Below, piece by piece: positions 13,727 to 26,671 of a DNA stretch of 64,000 bases. The notes beneath the pieces are model-generated. The model saw only the letters and a program-made list of their open reading frames with translations. It was not told where the DNA came from and searched no databases. Where the stretch lies: the NCBI RefSeq assembly GCF_006345805.1, contig NC_043012.1:22134001-22198000 (forward strand), given 5' to 3'. A program made the position numbers and the translations under genes. Source of the stretch: Octopus sinensis. Lineage: Eukaryota. Each line of letters begins with the position of its first letter. Position 1 is the stretch's first letter.

Positions 13727-14233
13727 TTAGTCAACCTCCTCCGATACTGCAGCCGTCTTCATACCATTGTTTTGTAGAGTAACCTCTTTTCCCTGACTAT
13801 CAGATTCACAAATACTGCTTGCTTGAATACCATTCTCACTCATCTCATTCTCCACACCCTCATTCATCTCATTCTCCACACCCTCATTCATCTCATTCTC
13901 CACACCCTCATTCATCTCATTCTCCACACCCTCATTCATCTCATTCTCCACACCCTCATTCATCTCATTCTCCACACCTTCCTTCATTTTATTCTCCCCA
14001 TCCTGTGCATCATTCGTCTTATTCTCAATATCTTTAACATCGTTTAATTTATTCTCGCTATCGAAATATTTAACACCGTTATTCGAGTCTTTAGCATGCA
14101 TGACATCAGCTGTTTGGGTTCCAGCTCCATGGGTATCTTGAGGAACTTCGCAATCTTCAATTTCAGTATCTTCACTAGAAAAATCCTCTTCTGAAAGACT
14201 TTCAGACTCCAAATCCGAATATGGTATTTCAGG
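13727..14233 (-). CDS. Unidentified ~628-aa protein, exon 9 (terminal, acidic)
   Basis: Acceptor TCTCTCTTTAG, phase 0; PEIPYSDLESES...SEEVD*; joins naturally to DPDYV of exon 8. Confidence 0.8.
   Translation of the reverse strand, partial: PEIPYSDLESESLSEEDFSSEDTEIEDCEVPQDTHGAGTQTADVMHAKDSNNGVKYFDSENKLNDVKDIENKTNDAQDGENKMKEGVENEMNEGVENEMNEGVENEMNEGVENEMNEGVENEMNEGVENEMSENGIQASSICESDSQGKEVTLQNNGMKTAAVSEEVD
13841..13998 (-). repeat. In-frame 24-bp coding minisatellite (ENEMNEGV)n
   Basis: Five perfect and two diverged units. Confidence 0.95.
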
Positions 14234-15132
14234 CTAAAGAGAGAAAAGATTTTTCCATTTCTCAGAAACAGTGAAATACACAAAACATTGGCAGATACAA
14301 ACACTAATTTGTAAAACAGATGGATTAGAGCGAGGTAAATGAAACTAATTTGAAAGAAAAAGCCGAATTAGAACGAGGAAAAGGCACCGATCTGTGCTGG
14401 AAGGTTAGACTCCCCCCCCCCCCGTGACACCGATTTGCAAAAATGTATATGCGCGAATGTGTGTGCGCGCACAAACCAGAGAAAAAGCAATGTACTCAAC
14501 GCATTTAGTTTTTTTTTTTTTTTCATTTAAGCCGAGGCTTCATTCCATCACCATTTTTCTCTTAATAGTAAACGAAGTAAGCTGGATGAAGTGACTCACA
14601 CGAAATAAAGGTGCTAAACAGATTTGAATGCTTTCTGATTTAAGCTGACACCAATGTGTTTGGAAAAAAAGATTGGCTTTAGCATTTGACTGGCACTTTA
14701 TTCTATCGACCCCAAGTTATATGACTGGTAAAGCTTATCTCGTAGAGATTTGTATACAGAATGTAAAGAGCAAAAATATCCCAAGGAATTTTAACAGAAA
14801 ACGAGAGTCCTAACACTACATTTTTGTTTTTCTTTCTTTATACAAGGACTGAATTTTGGGTGAGAGGAACATAATCGATGATTTTGACCCCAATGCTTGA
14901 ACTGGTTCCTATTTTATCGACCATGAAAGTATGAAAGGCAAAGTCGGCCTTCGGCAGCATATGAAGTCAAAATGTTTAGATCCGGAAGAAATGGCTCGGT
15001 AACGATTCTGCCAGCTCGCCGTTTTATGTAAATGGTTTCAAATTTTGGTACAGAGCCAACAGTTTTTTGAAGGGAAAGGTAAATTGATTATATCGACCAG
15101 TAGTGAACTGGTATTTTATCGACCTATTTTAG

Positions 15133-15360
15133 GGCGGCGAGCTGGCAGAAACGTTAGCACGCTGGACGAAATGCATAGCGGTATTTCGTCTACCGTTACG
15201 TTCTGAGTTCAAATTCGCCGAGGTCGACTTTGCCTTTCATCCTTTCGAGGTCGATTAAATAAGTACCAGTTACGCACTGAGGTCGATGTAATCGACTTAA
15301 TCCGTTTGTCTGTCTTTGTTTGTCCTCTGTGTTTAGCCCCTTGTGGGTAGTAAAGAAATA
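15133..15360 (+). mobile_element. SINE family A, tail 1, nested in an opposite-strand family A copy
   Basis: Full consensus; GGTATTTTATCGA duplicated at 15110 and 15361. Confidence 0.85.
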
Positions 15361-15498
15361 GGTATTTTATCGAGCTCGGAAGGATGAAATGCAAAGTCAG
15401 CCTTTGAACTCGGAACGTAAAGATGCGCTCAGCACATTGTCTGGCGCGATAACAATTCTACCAGCTCACCACAATAATAATAATAATAATATACCCAC

Positions 15499-15605
15499 CA
15501 CATAATCTGGATCACTACTGCTGCTCCTACTACAAGCGTCCAACTCATCCAGTGAAATCTTCCTTTTTCGTGAAGTTGATTGGTTGGGGTTAATTATCAA
15601 GTCAC
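15499..15605 (-). CDS. Unidentified protein, exon 8
   Basis: CCTATATTTCACAG acceptor, GTGGGT donor, phase 1 to 0; DLIINPNQSTSRKRKISLDELDACSRSSSSDPDYV. Confidence 0.8.
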
Positions 15606-16184
15606 CTGTGAAATATAGGAGAAAGAGACGATTTCAACAAGGATCTCAACTTTTTTAAAATATATAGCGACTGCTTAACAAGTTATTGGTTCGCTTCATC
15701 TTATTGGCGTTAGAAGTGACAAGATGTCTAACGTGGTTCAGGAATTTTTAAAAGGGACATCGTTCGATTAGCACCGGCATTTTCCCTATCGATGTTTACA
15801 TCCTACACCGGTGTAGAACAGTTTATTGATTGCAATTAACGCCGAATTGCCGAAGATGGGACAACTCCCACACTGCATTCAGTTATATTACGGAAGTTAT
15901 CTCCCATTATTTTCTTCCGATTTCTTATCGAAAATTAAACAGATTAACAAATGTAAATTAAAATTTAGAAATATTCATACACTAAAAGTCGAATGAGGAT
16001 AGTGGGTGCGCAGACTATGAAGTTAGCATAGTTTATGAAACAAACTTTTTTTAAAATGGCTATTAGAAATTCTGCACCTTATTTCATTGAAAATTTATGT
16101 AGCTAAATGTTTTGTGGTAAAAGAGATTCATGTAGTCGCGTAACTAACGAAGACCAGTTAAGTTTCATGTTACACCCTAACGTC

Positions 16185-16405
16185 TTAAACTTTTAGCATT
16201 CAAATTACTTTCAAATGTTTATTTATCCATTGTTTTTAATTGAATATACCATTAACTAGTAGTCCCGTGATGTCGATGTGATTATTTTTTTTTTTTGAAT
16301 GACATTGTTAGGTGGATGTGAGAGGCCGCATTTAACAGGTTTCAACATAAAACGAGTAGAATGTTTGAGTCAAATATGGCCGCTTTAAATGCAAAAAAAG
16401 GTTAA
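16185..16405. mobile_element. piggyBac-like MITE
   Basis: TTAA at both ends; imperfect TIR CTTTTAGCATT / AATGCAAAAAAAGG. Confidence 0.5.
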
Positions 16406-16927
16406 ATGTTTTTAAAACGAGCGCATTGAATATACAAGAACAGGATGGTCACAGCTGGAACCCCTATGATCATTTTTCTGCTAAGTCCAGGTTAACTTAG
16501 ACTAACAGTTATGTTCAAATGTATGAGATTGCTGAAAAATATGAAAATGTTTTATTTCTTTTTTAATTTGGGTACAAAACTAGACAAGGGGATTATGCAA
16601 TGGGCCCGTCGAACAGGTAAGATTAGGGATCAAGTTACATTTTTTACTTTTATGCGGTTCTCGTGTTAAAAGAGAAACAATTGGATTCGCTGTTTTCTTT
16701 TTCTATAAGGTTTGTACTAAATCACGTTTATAATCTTGTTTTTACGCTGATCATTTGTGCAGATATGCAAGCACACCAGGGCCACAAGGTTTGAGTTCTT
16801 TCACATCTAATAACATTTAAAAGGGGGTGGTCAGTTTTGGAAATTATTTATGAAACAACCGATGAAGTTCGCCATGGTAAAGAATTTTAAACCTTGTTGC
16901 CAAGTTTAAATTTTTAAAATTAGAACC

Positions 16928-17157
16928 TATTTCTTTACTACCCACAAGGGGCTAAACACAGGAGACAAACAAGGACAGACAAACGGATTAAGTCGATTAC
17001 ATCAACCCCAGTGCGTAACTGGTACTTAATTTATCGACCCCGAAAGGATGAAAGGCAAAGTCGACCTTGGCGGAATTTGAACTCAGAACGTAACGGCAGA
17101 CGAAATACGGCTACGCATTTCGCCCGGGGTGCTAACACTTCTGCCAGCTCGCCGCCT
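16928..17157 (-). mobile_element. SINE family A, tail 1
   Basis: Full reverse-complement consensus; TSD TTAAAATTAGAACC. Confidence 0.9.
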
Positions 17158-17820
17158 TAAAATTAGAACCATTTTTAGTTTGTTGCAGAATTTTTCCAAT
17201 ATTTAGTATTGGATAGGAATCTTGGGAATCCTGGGATTTTTCTATGAAGAAAGAAAAATTAGCTCCGGAGCGAGGGATGTGACTATCATTCCAGACTGGT
17301 GAAATCAGACTAGATACCCTCCAGTCTAAAAGTCAGGCAACCAGGGAAACACCGAGACGAGGCCTGGGGTGTAGACAAAGTTTGCAACAGAATTGAGTGA
17401 GCACGATTTCAAGTTACAAGTGGTGTTAGGCCTACCAATAATAAGCATGGCGATACATTCGAAAACTGATTGAGGTACATGTATATATATATATATAGTA
17501 AAGAAAAACACGTCCTAAAATAAATTAGTTTCAATTTTCGGAACAAGGCTAGTTATTTCCAGAGAGGAGATAAGTCGATTACATCAACCGCAGGTTTATT
17601 TTATTGACCTTAAAATGAATGAAAGGCAAAGACAACCTCGGTGGAATTTGAACTCAGAACGTAAAGACGGACGAAATGCCGCTAAGCATTTTTTGATCGG
17701 TGTACGAGCGATTCTGCCGGCTCGCAGACAAAAAAACCTTGAAAAATATCGAGACCATTTTCCTGAAGCTAAATCAATTCAGACCACCACACCAGTTGAT
17801 AAGCTTAAAAATGGATTTAC

Positions 17821-17938
17821 CAGTTTCAGCGAGAATCAGTTTAAAGCGATAGTCTGCGGCAGCCAAATTTACAACTTCATTCGTCATTTTCTTGACTTGT
17901 AAGAGAAATCTATTTCGGATCATGCGACGAGGAGATAC
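17821..17938 (-). CDS. Unidentified protein, exon 7
   Basis: TTTGTTTCTTAG / GTAAAT, phase 0 to 1; VSPRRMIRNRFLLQVKKMTNEVVNLAAADYRFKLILAET. Confidence 0.85.
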
Positions 17939-18270
17939 CTAAGAAACAAAAGATCAATATCGTTTAGTGAAATTTAGTTGAACAAAATTAAGAAAGCTCA
18001 TCGTATGCACGTGTCCGTGTTTATGCTTATAGATATAAACCAATATATATAAAAAAAGTTTTCTTTTTGTCAAATGGTATTTTAGACTTTCGATCTAATA
18101 AAATTTTAAAACCCGTACTGGTCGATGCGATCAACCAAATCTATTTAAAAAGTGCCCCATTAGGGGAGACATAACTGAAACCAGTAAAATAGACATAGCT
18201 CTACTAATCACTAACACCCACACCATTCACCAGAAATCTCATTCTCTTTTAAATACCTTGTGATACTTAC

Positions 18271-18363
18271 AATTTTGCGACCCGAGGATGATATAGGACC
18301 CAATTTTTGACAGTAGTCGTTGACATCAAAGGTTACGTTTCGGATGAAATGCAACATTGCTAC
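18271..18363 (-). CDS. Unidentified protein, exon 6
   Basis: TTTTCTTGTAG / GTAAGT, 93 nt; VAMLHFIRNVTFDVNDYCQKLGPISSSGRKI. Confidence 0.85.
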
Positions 18364-18590
18364 CTACAAGAAAAGTCAATGAAGTAATCGAATTAAGGAA
18401 TAATAGAAGACACCAACTTCGACTAAAAGCGTACGAGTACTCCTCACGTCTGGTAAGTGAGATCTTGTGAAAGGAAATAATGGAAGCAAGTGTTTGTAAA
18501 CAGTTTAATAAAAACAATCTAGATATTAATTCTAAAGATGTTTGTTGGATCATATTTAGGCTATCTTCTAGAATTCCATTGGCATCTTAC

Positions 18591-18788
18591 AGACATAAGA
18601 ATGGTAAAACTCGCTTCACAATCACTTGGCTTTATGTAAAGCTCTTTTCGTGTCTTGTTACCGTCCGAGTGGCTAATAATACTTGAGTGGAATCTAAGAG
18701 ACGAAAACCTCATGGAAGAAGTTGTGTGCATAAAATATCGACAGAATCTGTATTGGTTCACAACAGCATTCTGTCTGATGTGGATAGA
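18591..18788 (-). CDS. Unidentified protein, exon 5
   Basis: TTTTTCTATAG / GTAAGA, 198 nt open; SIHIRQNAVV...FTILMS. Confidence 0.85.
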
Positions 18789-19612
18789 CTATAGAAAAAT
18801 CACAAAACTACGGTTTTTGTCTTGAGAAAACTAAAAGTCACATGTATCTGATTAAAAGCAGCTGAAGTAATTGCTAAAATCTAGATTTCTGCTTCTTTGA
18901 GCGTAATCACTAACAGGTATCCATCAGCAAACGCATGCTTAGACAAATATAGCTTCTGATATAGAAAAACTGATTAACAAATAAATGTCGCAAACAGCGA
19001 GATACCACATTTGTCATCTAAGGCAGGAACCCTCAAATAATGGTAAAAATTAAAGGGAAGTGTGCTGTGGCTTGAAGGACCGAGTGAAGAATTTCTATCA
19101 CTAATCAAGTCTTTAAGTGTCTTAGGAGCATGACACATTCAGGAAGAATACGTCCAGCTGTATCCACCACTCGATAAGTATTTAATACAGAATTATTTTA
19201 TATTTAGCTCGGAGTATTAATTTCAACTCGGTAGAGAATCGATAAGGGAGGCATGGTCGTTCGAGCTGCTAAAATCTTAGTCGAGTTTCCATCACAACAC
19301 GCCTGCCTCAAGAATATTGGATTATGTGGTTTATTGTATAGAGGATGATCCATTCTGAAAAGTCATAGGTCTTCTCAAGGTTGGCCTGGGGCTATACACA
19401 ATCAGCATACAAGAATCCAGATGTATAGAGAATTTAATGTATCCCTATTGCAAATGGGAAATACAAGGTCGTTCGATTTACTGAAAATAATCCTCACTAA
19501 AATCACGTCCTACTATCTTCTATAGGAATCAACGGAGATGTCGTGTTTGTAACGCTGTTGACTATACGTCTGATCGATCAGAGATACAGTTGAAAGAGAA
19601 AAAGTCACTTAC

Positions 19613-19684
19613 GTAAGCGTTAAACGGATGCAAAACGAAGGTCTTGTAGAATAAGACAAAGAATTTTTCGATGCCTTCGACTTC
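19613..19684 (-). CDS. Unidentified protein, exon 4
   Basis: TTTAATTCCAG / GTAAGT, 72 nt; EVEGIEKFFVLFYKTFVLHPFNAY. Confidence 0.85.
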
Positions 19685-20267
19685 CTGGAATTAAAGAAAA
19701 ATGGTAAATTATTTAACCGAATCGAAGTATATTCACATCTTTCAGATTACTCTAAACTAGTTTTGCTCGATTATTCGTCAGTCTATTACACATCCGGTCA
19801 TTGGATGGAGACATGCTGTGTTATCTCCTTGAATGATTTTAGTCAAACAAAGAAACCTCAGTACGTATTTAAATCTGGTACTTAGACGACTCCGTCGGTC
19901 ACGAATGACCATGGGTACACCTAAGAGGTGTCCCCTCCGGAGTACAAATCTGGGTGGAAAGTCACCGGCGAACGCACAACCTATGGTTTTTTATGGAAGA
20001 CCAGCAGTCGCTCATGCATACCAGCCTCCCCGATGTTATCCAAGGGAAAAGCAAAGGCCGATTCAGCTTGGCACCAGTGATGTCGCAACTCATTTCTACA
20101 GCTGGGGGAACTGAAGCAACGTGAAATAAAGTGCCTTGCTCAAGAACACAACATGCAGCCCGGTCCATGAATCGAACTCACAACCTCATAATTGTAAGTT
20201 TGACCCTCTAACCACTGAACCATGCACCTTCACTCTTTGAGGTAATATATATGCCCACAGTAAGGTA

Positions 20268-20470
20268 ACGAGCCGGCAGAAATGTTAGCACGCCGGGCGA
20301 AATGCTTAGCGGCATTTCGTGTGCCGCTACGTTCTGAGTTCAAATTCCGCCGAGGTCGACTTTGCCTTTCATCCTTTTGGGGGTCAATAAATTTAGTACC
20401 AGTTGCGTACTGGGTTCGATCTAATCGACTGCCCCGCCCCTCCCGGGCCCTTGTGCCTAGTGCGCAACAG
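20268..20470 (+). mobile_element. SINE family A, tail type 2
   Basis: Family A head and core with a CCTTGTGCCTAG tail. Confidence 0.75.
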
Positions 20471-22866
20471 AATATTTATGCCCACTTAAACGTGGGTGCT
20501 CTATTAGAACAGGATATACTGCGGCAGTTACAATGAGAGAAACTATTAGCTTTTTGGTGCAAAATGCCCTCATGTTTATCACTAGCGGGAAGAAAAATCC
20601 AATATGAGGGTTTCTTTCAGGGTAACAACCACCGTATAGTTTGCTTTGACAGAACATCCACATTTAAATGTGTGGATAAATTTTACTTGTCGGTATTAAT
20701 ACCGCCTCTGTCCCCTAAAATTGGTTTCCCTCTTGCCAAACGTAAACACTATCAAGCGGTAAGCAGTATAAATACAGGTGCAAAGATATACACACACACG
20801 CATGATGGGTTTCCAATTTCCATCAACCAAATTCACTCGGGTGGCACTTGTCGGTCCGGGGTTACAAGTAGAAGACACTTGCCCAAGGTACCACGCAAGG
20901 GACTGAACCCGAAAACATGGTTACAAGACGAACCCCGTAACCACATTCCTTCGCTTGTCTGAATAGTGAATTAAATCGTAGATACGATAGACAACACTAT
21001 ATGAAGCTATTTTACCCTCGTCTGAATATCATTGAAAAGTCAAGTATGTTTTTAATTAAACTTATTAAATTAAGAGTAAAAACAGGAATACTTTTCCTGA
21101 TGTTAACTTGGTAATTAAATTCTAGAGAACAGTTTGAAATCACAGTATATTTCGCCATATCTAAGCTAGTCGTTCACAAACAGAGCGCCCGCTCTATTAC
21201 TGCATCGCATGGGAGATTTAAGTACATCGCAAATTGCATAAGTTATTTAAATTAGAAAAATCTATACGTGAGCGTCTTAAAAATATATTCATAATAAATG
21301 GTAAGCAATCATTTTCTATTTTTAAAATGGATTTCGAACTTTTTAATTTTCCCCCCGAATTACGCTAGAAATTTTTGCGTGCTATCCAGCTTTTTGATAT
21401 CCAAAGTCGAAAATATTGAGAACCACGGAGTATGTGGGTGGCGTGGGGTATAGCTCAGAACGTTACATTTGATGGATTAACAATTAAATGTAAACAAAAT
21501 CCCTATGGTCTTTCAAAAAAAACTTTGAACTTCTAAAACTAAGTACTACATGTGACATTGTCTAAGTATGGTCAGGGCGCTGTTGCCAAGTTCAATTAAG
21601 TAAAAGAAAAGCCAAGTAACACTTTACATATAATGAAAACATTTGGAAATTTGTACTGATAAATTGGCTTCGCTTCATAACTACATGGTTTCCAGTTCGA
21701 TCCTACCGCGTGGAACCGTGACAATCGTTTTCTACCTTAGCTTTAAGTTGATCAAAGTTTTGCGAATAGGTTTTTTTGTGGACTGAAAGCATGCAGAAGT
21801 CCGATGACAGGTTGGGCACTAATGGAATGCTTTGAATCAATGGGGCAATGGCGATGTGTTGTATTTAAAGACTACATTGAATTAAATAACAGGAGATTTA
21901 TGAATATTACGTATACAGAAAGTTACAACTTAAGGTTGCTTAGTCAAAACTTTCGCTTCACTATCATGAAGCCAGGGTTCTCGGTCAAATGTCTCATAGG
22001 GTCTGGCTAACCAATGCCTTTTAAGGGAATTTGGTAAAAGAAAATTGCATGGAAGCTCGTCTAGTGTGTATGCACTTGTCCGCCACAGTTGGACAATCGA
22101 TATTAGTTTGTTTACGTCCTGCTAACAGTTTAGCAAGAGAAAGGGTTCCAGACTTTGAAAGTAGTAAGGTCAATTTGTTCGAATGAAATGTTCAAGGCAG
22201 TGCCCCAGCATGACCGCAATCCAGTGACTGAAGCAAGATTAGTTCAATAGTTTTAAATTTTAAGAACTTTAGAATGTTCTTGAATTTTTAAAAGCAAAAT
22301 TTGATTTCTTCCAGAAGATTGCACTGAAGGGCCTCAAAGGTCAGCTCACGCAGAACTGACTCGGGGTTAAATATTCTTGATATCAGGACTGCTAGATCAA
22401 TTTCATAAAGTTTGAAATTACCGGTTCCATTAGCAAGTACACAAACACGTTTAGTGTTGACTGTTAGACGGAAGTAATCAATACCACAGGAGCTATTGAT
22501 TTCATTTTGATCGATTTAGTCTCTTGCTCCTTTGGAGGTTCACTTATGTGCAAGCAGGTGAAACTCCGCAATTAACATTAATGGAGGCGATGGATCGGTG
22601 TTATTCAGGTTCAAATCCATTCAGCTGATTTACGCATCTCAATCTGGAAACCCGAGAGTACACACACCCACAGTAACAGCGCCAATCAGTAATTAGGAAT
22701 AAACGAATTTTATGTTAGTTAAGATATTTGACAGCTTTTAACTTATAATGGCAAATTCACTACTGTTATCGTAGAGAAAAAAAATTCCCTTACGGCAAAA
22801 TGTGTAAACCGGGGTCCATATGGCCCCTGATGGTCCATATAAAATTTGAGGGGGTCCACTTAAAAT

Positions 22867-23255
22867 AGTTCTATATTTAAGAGATGATGAATTATGTACA
22901 TTATTTACATTTACATTTGACGGATATTTGTCCGCATCTTGTTAACACAACATTTTGGCTGACCCCCCAGCCTTCATCAGGTGTCTTGGGGAAATTTCGA
23001 ACCCGGGTTCTCATTCCTAAGGTATTTTTCGATGTTGTTATTCAGGTCACTGCTTAGAATAGAACTCGGAATCTTCGGGTTAGTAGCCCGCGCTCTTAAC
23101 CAAGATTCCTAATTCGATTCCAAGCAGTGACCTGAATAATATCGAAAAATACCTTAGGAATGAGAACCCAGGCTCGAAATTTCCAAGACATCGGATGAAG
23201 TCAGCCGAAATGTGTTAACAAGATGAGGACAAATATCTGTCAAATGTAAATAATG
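22867..23255. mobile_element. Palindromic tRNA-headed hammerhead element, copy A (centre collapsed, cores mutated)
   Basis: Head-to-head arms homologous to 40358-41057, with the same one-sided 3' extension AGTTCTATATTTAAGAGATGA. Confidence 0.85.
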
Positions 23256-23733
23256 AACAAAAAAAGTTGTCTATAATAGTATTTTAGAGGCCCCTGAAAA
23301 ATGTTACTTTAGATGTATTAGTATATATTGCAAGAAATAGCAAGATTTCATAAACATTTTACATTGTTCAACCTATACAGATCTGTTTTTATAAGACTAG
23401 TTTTCAAATATTGAAGAGCTATGGGGGTCCACCAGAAAAGTAATTAAAGGGGTTCATAGATAAAAAGTAATGGTTGAGAATCCATGCTCAAGCGGATTCC
23501 TAGAGGCGCATTTCTGGCTCTTTAACATTCCTCAATGGGAAATACCGAAGAGATAAATTCAGAGCAGATTCAAAGCCGTAGATTTAACTAAAACAATCAA
23601 CATCAGAGTAAGCAACAAGTTGTCTTTACACCTTTAACCATGATAACTTTTTCTTCACAGTAATTGCAGTGAATTTGCCTTTAGAAGTTAAAATGTGAAA
23701 AAGGTTTGAACTAACCTAAAGTTAGTATTCTAT

Positions 23734-24125
23734 TCTATTATATATATATCTTTATATATAAAAGAGAAGTTGTGTGTCTCCTACGATTTAGATTCCTAAC
23801 TACTTCCACATTTTGCGGTGCAGTTTAACCAAAACCGGGTATCTTATAGTCGCGATTCATATCTAGCCCTTCTGGGTATTAGCGCGCGTCTACGATGAGT
23901 CTACGATTTAAAAATAAAATTTACCATCATTTTTTCCATTTTAATGCATTTTTTCGCTATTATATAAGGGAAGTAACTCTAAAAATGTCTACGATGAGTC
24001 AACGATTTTTAAAAAATTTACCATAATTTTTTTTCCATTTTTAATGCATTTTTTTGCTATAACTCTAAAAAATGCTTATATAGTTATTTCCCTTACAAAC
24101 CCGAGCAACGCCGGGCGATACTGCT
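23734..24125 (+). mobile_element. Non-autonomous Helitron-like element
   Basis: TCTA start; 3' CCCGAGCAACGCCGGG hairpin shared with 34567-34933. Confidence 0.6.
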
Positions 24126-24226
24126 CTCTCTCTCTATTGGCTTATTAGTTTGTACAAGATCTAGGGAAACAAAACAAGGTTCAGAGTCGAATTATAAACT
24201 GTTGACCACTTGTAACGATAACTTAC

Positions 24227-24793
24227 TGTATGAGCATTGATGAGACCGTTGTGGATTGTGTCAGTGTTTCCGCCTTCAGTGTCAGAAGCTTTCGTGGTTT
24301 CGATGTTATTGCTGGCACTATCAGCGGTTTTTGCTCTCTTGCCGGCAACATCTGTTGTTTCGTTATCCTTGCCAGCACCAACGGTTTTAGTTCTGTCAGC
24401 AGCATTTTTGGTTTCAGTAGATACTTTTTCGGCAGCTTTTTCTAGAGAAGTCGATAGGTTTTCCCTCTGCGGACCAGACAAGCCGTTTTCTGTAATATGG
24501 TCAGCATCAGTCAAAACAAAATCTCTCTGTGTTCTGATTTGGACTGTCTCATCTTCACTAGATGCATCATCATAGTGAGCAGAGACCGAAGTCAAGAACT
24601 GACATCTGTGACATCTGTACACAACACTATTATCGCCGTCGATTACTCTCAGCAATCTTTTCAAGATGACTTCTGATGTTTTGATGACGTTTTCTAGACG
24701 ATATAATGCCAGCTTAGCAACTACACTGTCGAAAAGATAACGACCGAAATTCTTGAACATTTGTTCGACAGAACGGAGGGATTCACACAAGCC
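24227..24793 (-). CDS. Unidentified protein, exon 3
   Basis: TATTTAACAG / GTAAGT, 567 nt open, phase 0-0; contains CxxC (CHRC) and a T/A/K/D-rich insert. Confidence 0.9.
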
Positions 24794-24910
24794 CTGTTAA
24801 ATATAAATTAGTAAATATAGAATCAGTTTAACGGTTTTGCAGGAATTTCAATTTCAGAATATTTGTAAACACTAAAATCAGTGAAAAAAAAAACAAAACA
24901 GAATCCTTAC

Positions 24911-24969
24911 GTTTATTTTGGATCGCATAGGTGGATAACGGTCTAAATAATACTTAACGATATCTGAAC
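24911..24969 (-). CDS. Unidentified protein, exon 2
   Basis: Poly-T-CAG acceptor, GTAAGG donor, phase 1 to 0; SDIVKYYLDRYPPMRSKIN. Confidence 0.85.
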
Positions 24970-25154
24970 CTGAAAAAAAAAAAAAAAAAGAAAAAAACTT
25001 TAATGGCTTATTGTAAATACAAATGGAATTTTATTTTATACTTAAATTTCCTGAAATTACGACTTTATTGCTCAACTCGAACGCTAATCCTCCGTACTGA
25101 AACTAACTCAGTTATGGAATTTTTTTTCTACGCACAAAGGTAATGTGCTGCCTT

Positions 25155-25187
<33 letters not shown>

Positions 25188-25509
25188 GGGGGTAGATATC
25201 AGATTCCGAAATATCGGCCAAATCTGAAAGTATGTGAAAGTATTGTGCATTTCTAGACGCATGGAAAATATGGGGATTGTCACATTTGGAAAGGTTCTGG
25301 TCATACGTTGGTCTATCAGGTTCTAGATATGCTTTAACAATAGCGTAAAGCATTTGAAAATTTCTTTGTTCCATTATAAATCCTGAAATACTCTGAGCTA
25401 TCAGCCCGATACCAGTTCTTAACTGATGCCTTGTCGATCCATATAAGAACGAAATGCAAAATCCGCTTCGATGCAATTTGAATCGAGAACTTTAGCCAAC
25501 CGTATTCTT

Positions 25510-25718
25510 TTCTACTCTAGGCACAAGACCCGAAATTGAGGGATGGGGCTAGTCGATTAAATCAACCTCAGTGTTTCACGGGTACTTAATTTATCGACCC
25601 CGAAAGGATGAAAGGCAAAGTCGACCTCGGCGGAATTTGAACTCAGAACGTAGCGGCAGACGAAATACGGCTACGCATTTCGCCCGGCGTGCTAACGTTT
25701 CTGCCAGCTTGCCGCCTT
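25510..25718 (-). mobile_element. SINE family A, tail 2
   Basis: Reverse-complement consensus. Confidence 0.85.
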
Positions 25719-26671
25719 TTTTCTTTTAGCCAACCATATTGATAACATATGTAACAAATGAAAGAAGCAAAACACCACCACTAACACCTAGCAACTCTTG
25801 AAGGTCTTTACAGCAAAGTTCTGCGTTTCAAATCTCTGGACTGAACACACAGTCTGGAGCTAACTTCCATATTCCTCAAAATGTTTGAAAAGGAATTTGT
25901 TCCGCCTTTCCTAGATACGTCATTGACAAAGAAAAATGAAAATTAAAAGACATGTGGTCTTTTAATGTGGTCAAGGTATGAAACTCGGAGAAATATCCCC
26001 CGGACATGCTTCACTCATGTTTAGTGATCTGTGAACATACTTCGATGTCATTTGAACCAAAATCCCTATCTCAGGATAATATAGGCTCTATATGAAGTAT
26101 CATCCCAGATAAGGTTTTATTATTGTTACCGAGGGTTAAGAAATTAAAGTTTCATTCAAATATTGCGAATAATTTAATCAACGGATACGCAGGTTTCCCT
26201 AAGCAAGAGGTAAACCTCTGGAGAGGATTGTAAAAGAAAAAAAATTTAGCAAAAGGGTCACGCATTAGTGCCTAAGTAATACATAAAATTTACTAAAAAA
26301 TTCTTTCACAAATAGAAACCCTACCCAATTCCTTAACCCCTACACCATAAAGTATTAATAGTTATTCTAAACGTTTGCCAATCAGAGTTTACAGCATTTT
26401 GTAAGACGGGTGTAAAATAGTAACAATTTACTTAGAGGAGCGAGAAATTAGCAGCATAAGAAATTAAACGGACAGAAGATAATAAACCACTGCTATATCT
26501 TTGTACCACTCCACAAAAAAAAAAAAAAAAAAAAATCAGAAATCTTTTCGAATTTTGGTATGGAGGTCATTTAGTAGTGATTCTTGTAGGAATAAAATAT
26601 GAAGAAAGGATAAAAAAGAAAAAGTGATAAATATAAAGCAAAAATAAAGGCAAATAAAAATTTATAATTAC

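Noticed and set aside
13841-13998. CRISPR-like array
   Set aside because: Tandem units with no unique spacers, in a eukaryotic coding exon
22420-22645. Segment with a good acceptor and donor in intron 3
   Set aside because: Stops in all three frames
25153-25476. 107-aa minus-strand ORF inside the orphan gene's first intron
   Set aside because: No good donor; the obvious acceptor creates TGA with exon 1; exon 1 splices in phase directly to 24969. More likely a transposon remnant, but RNA-seq could overturn this
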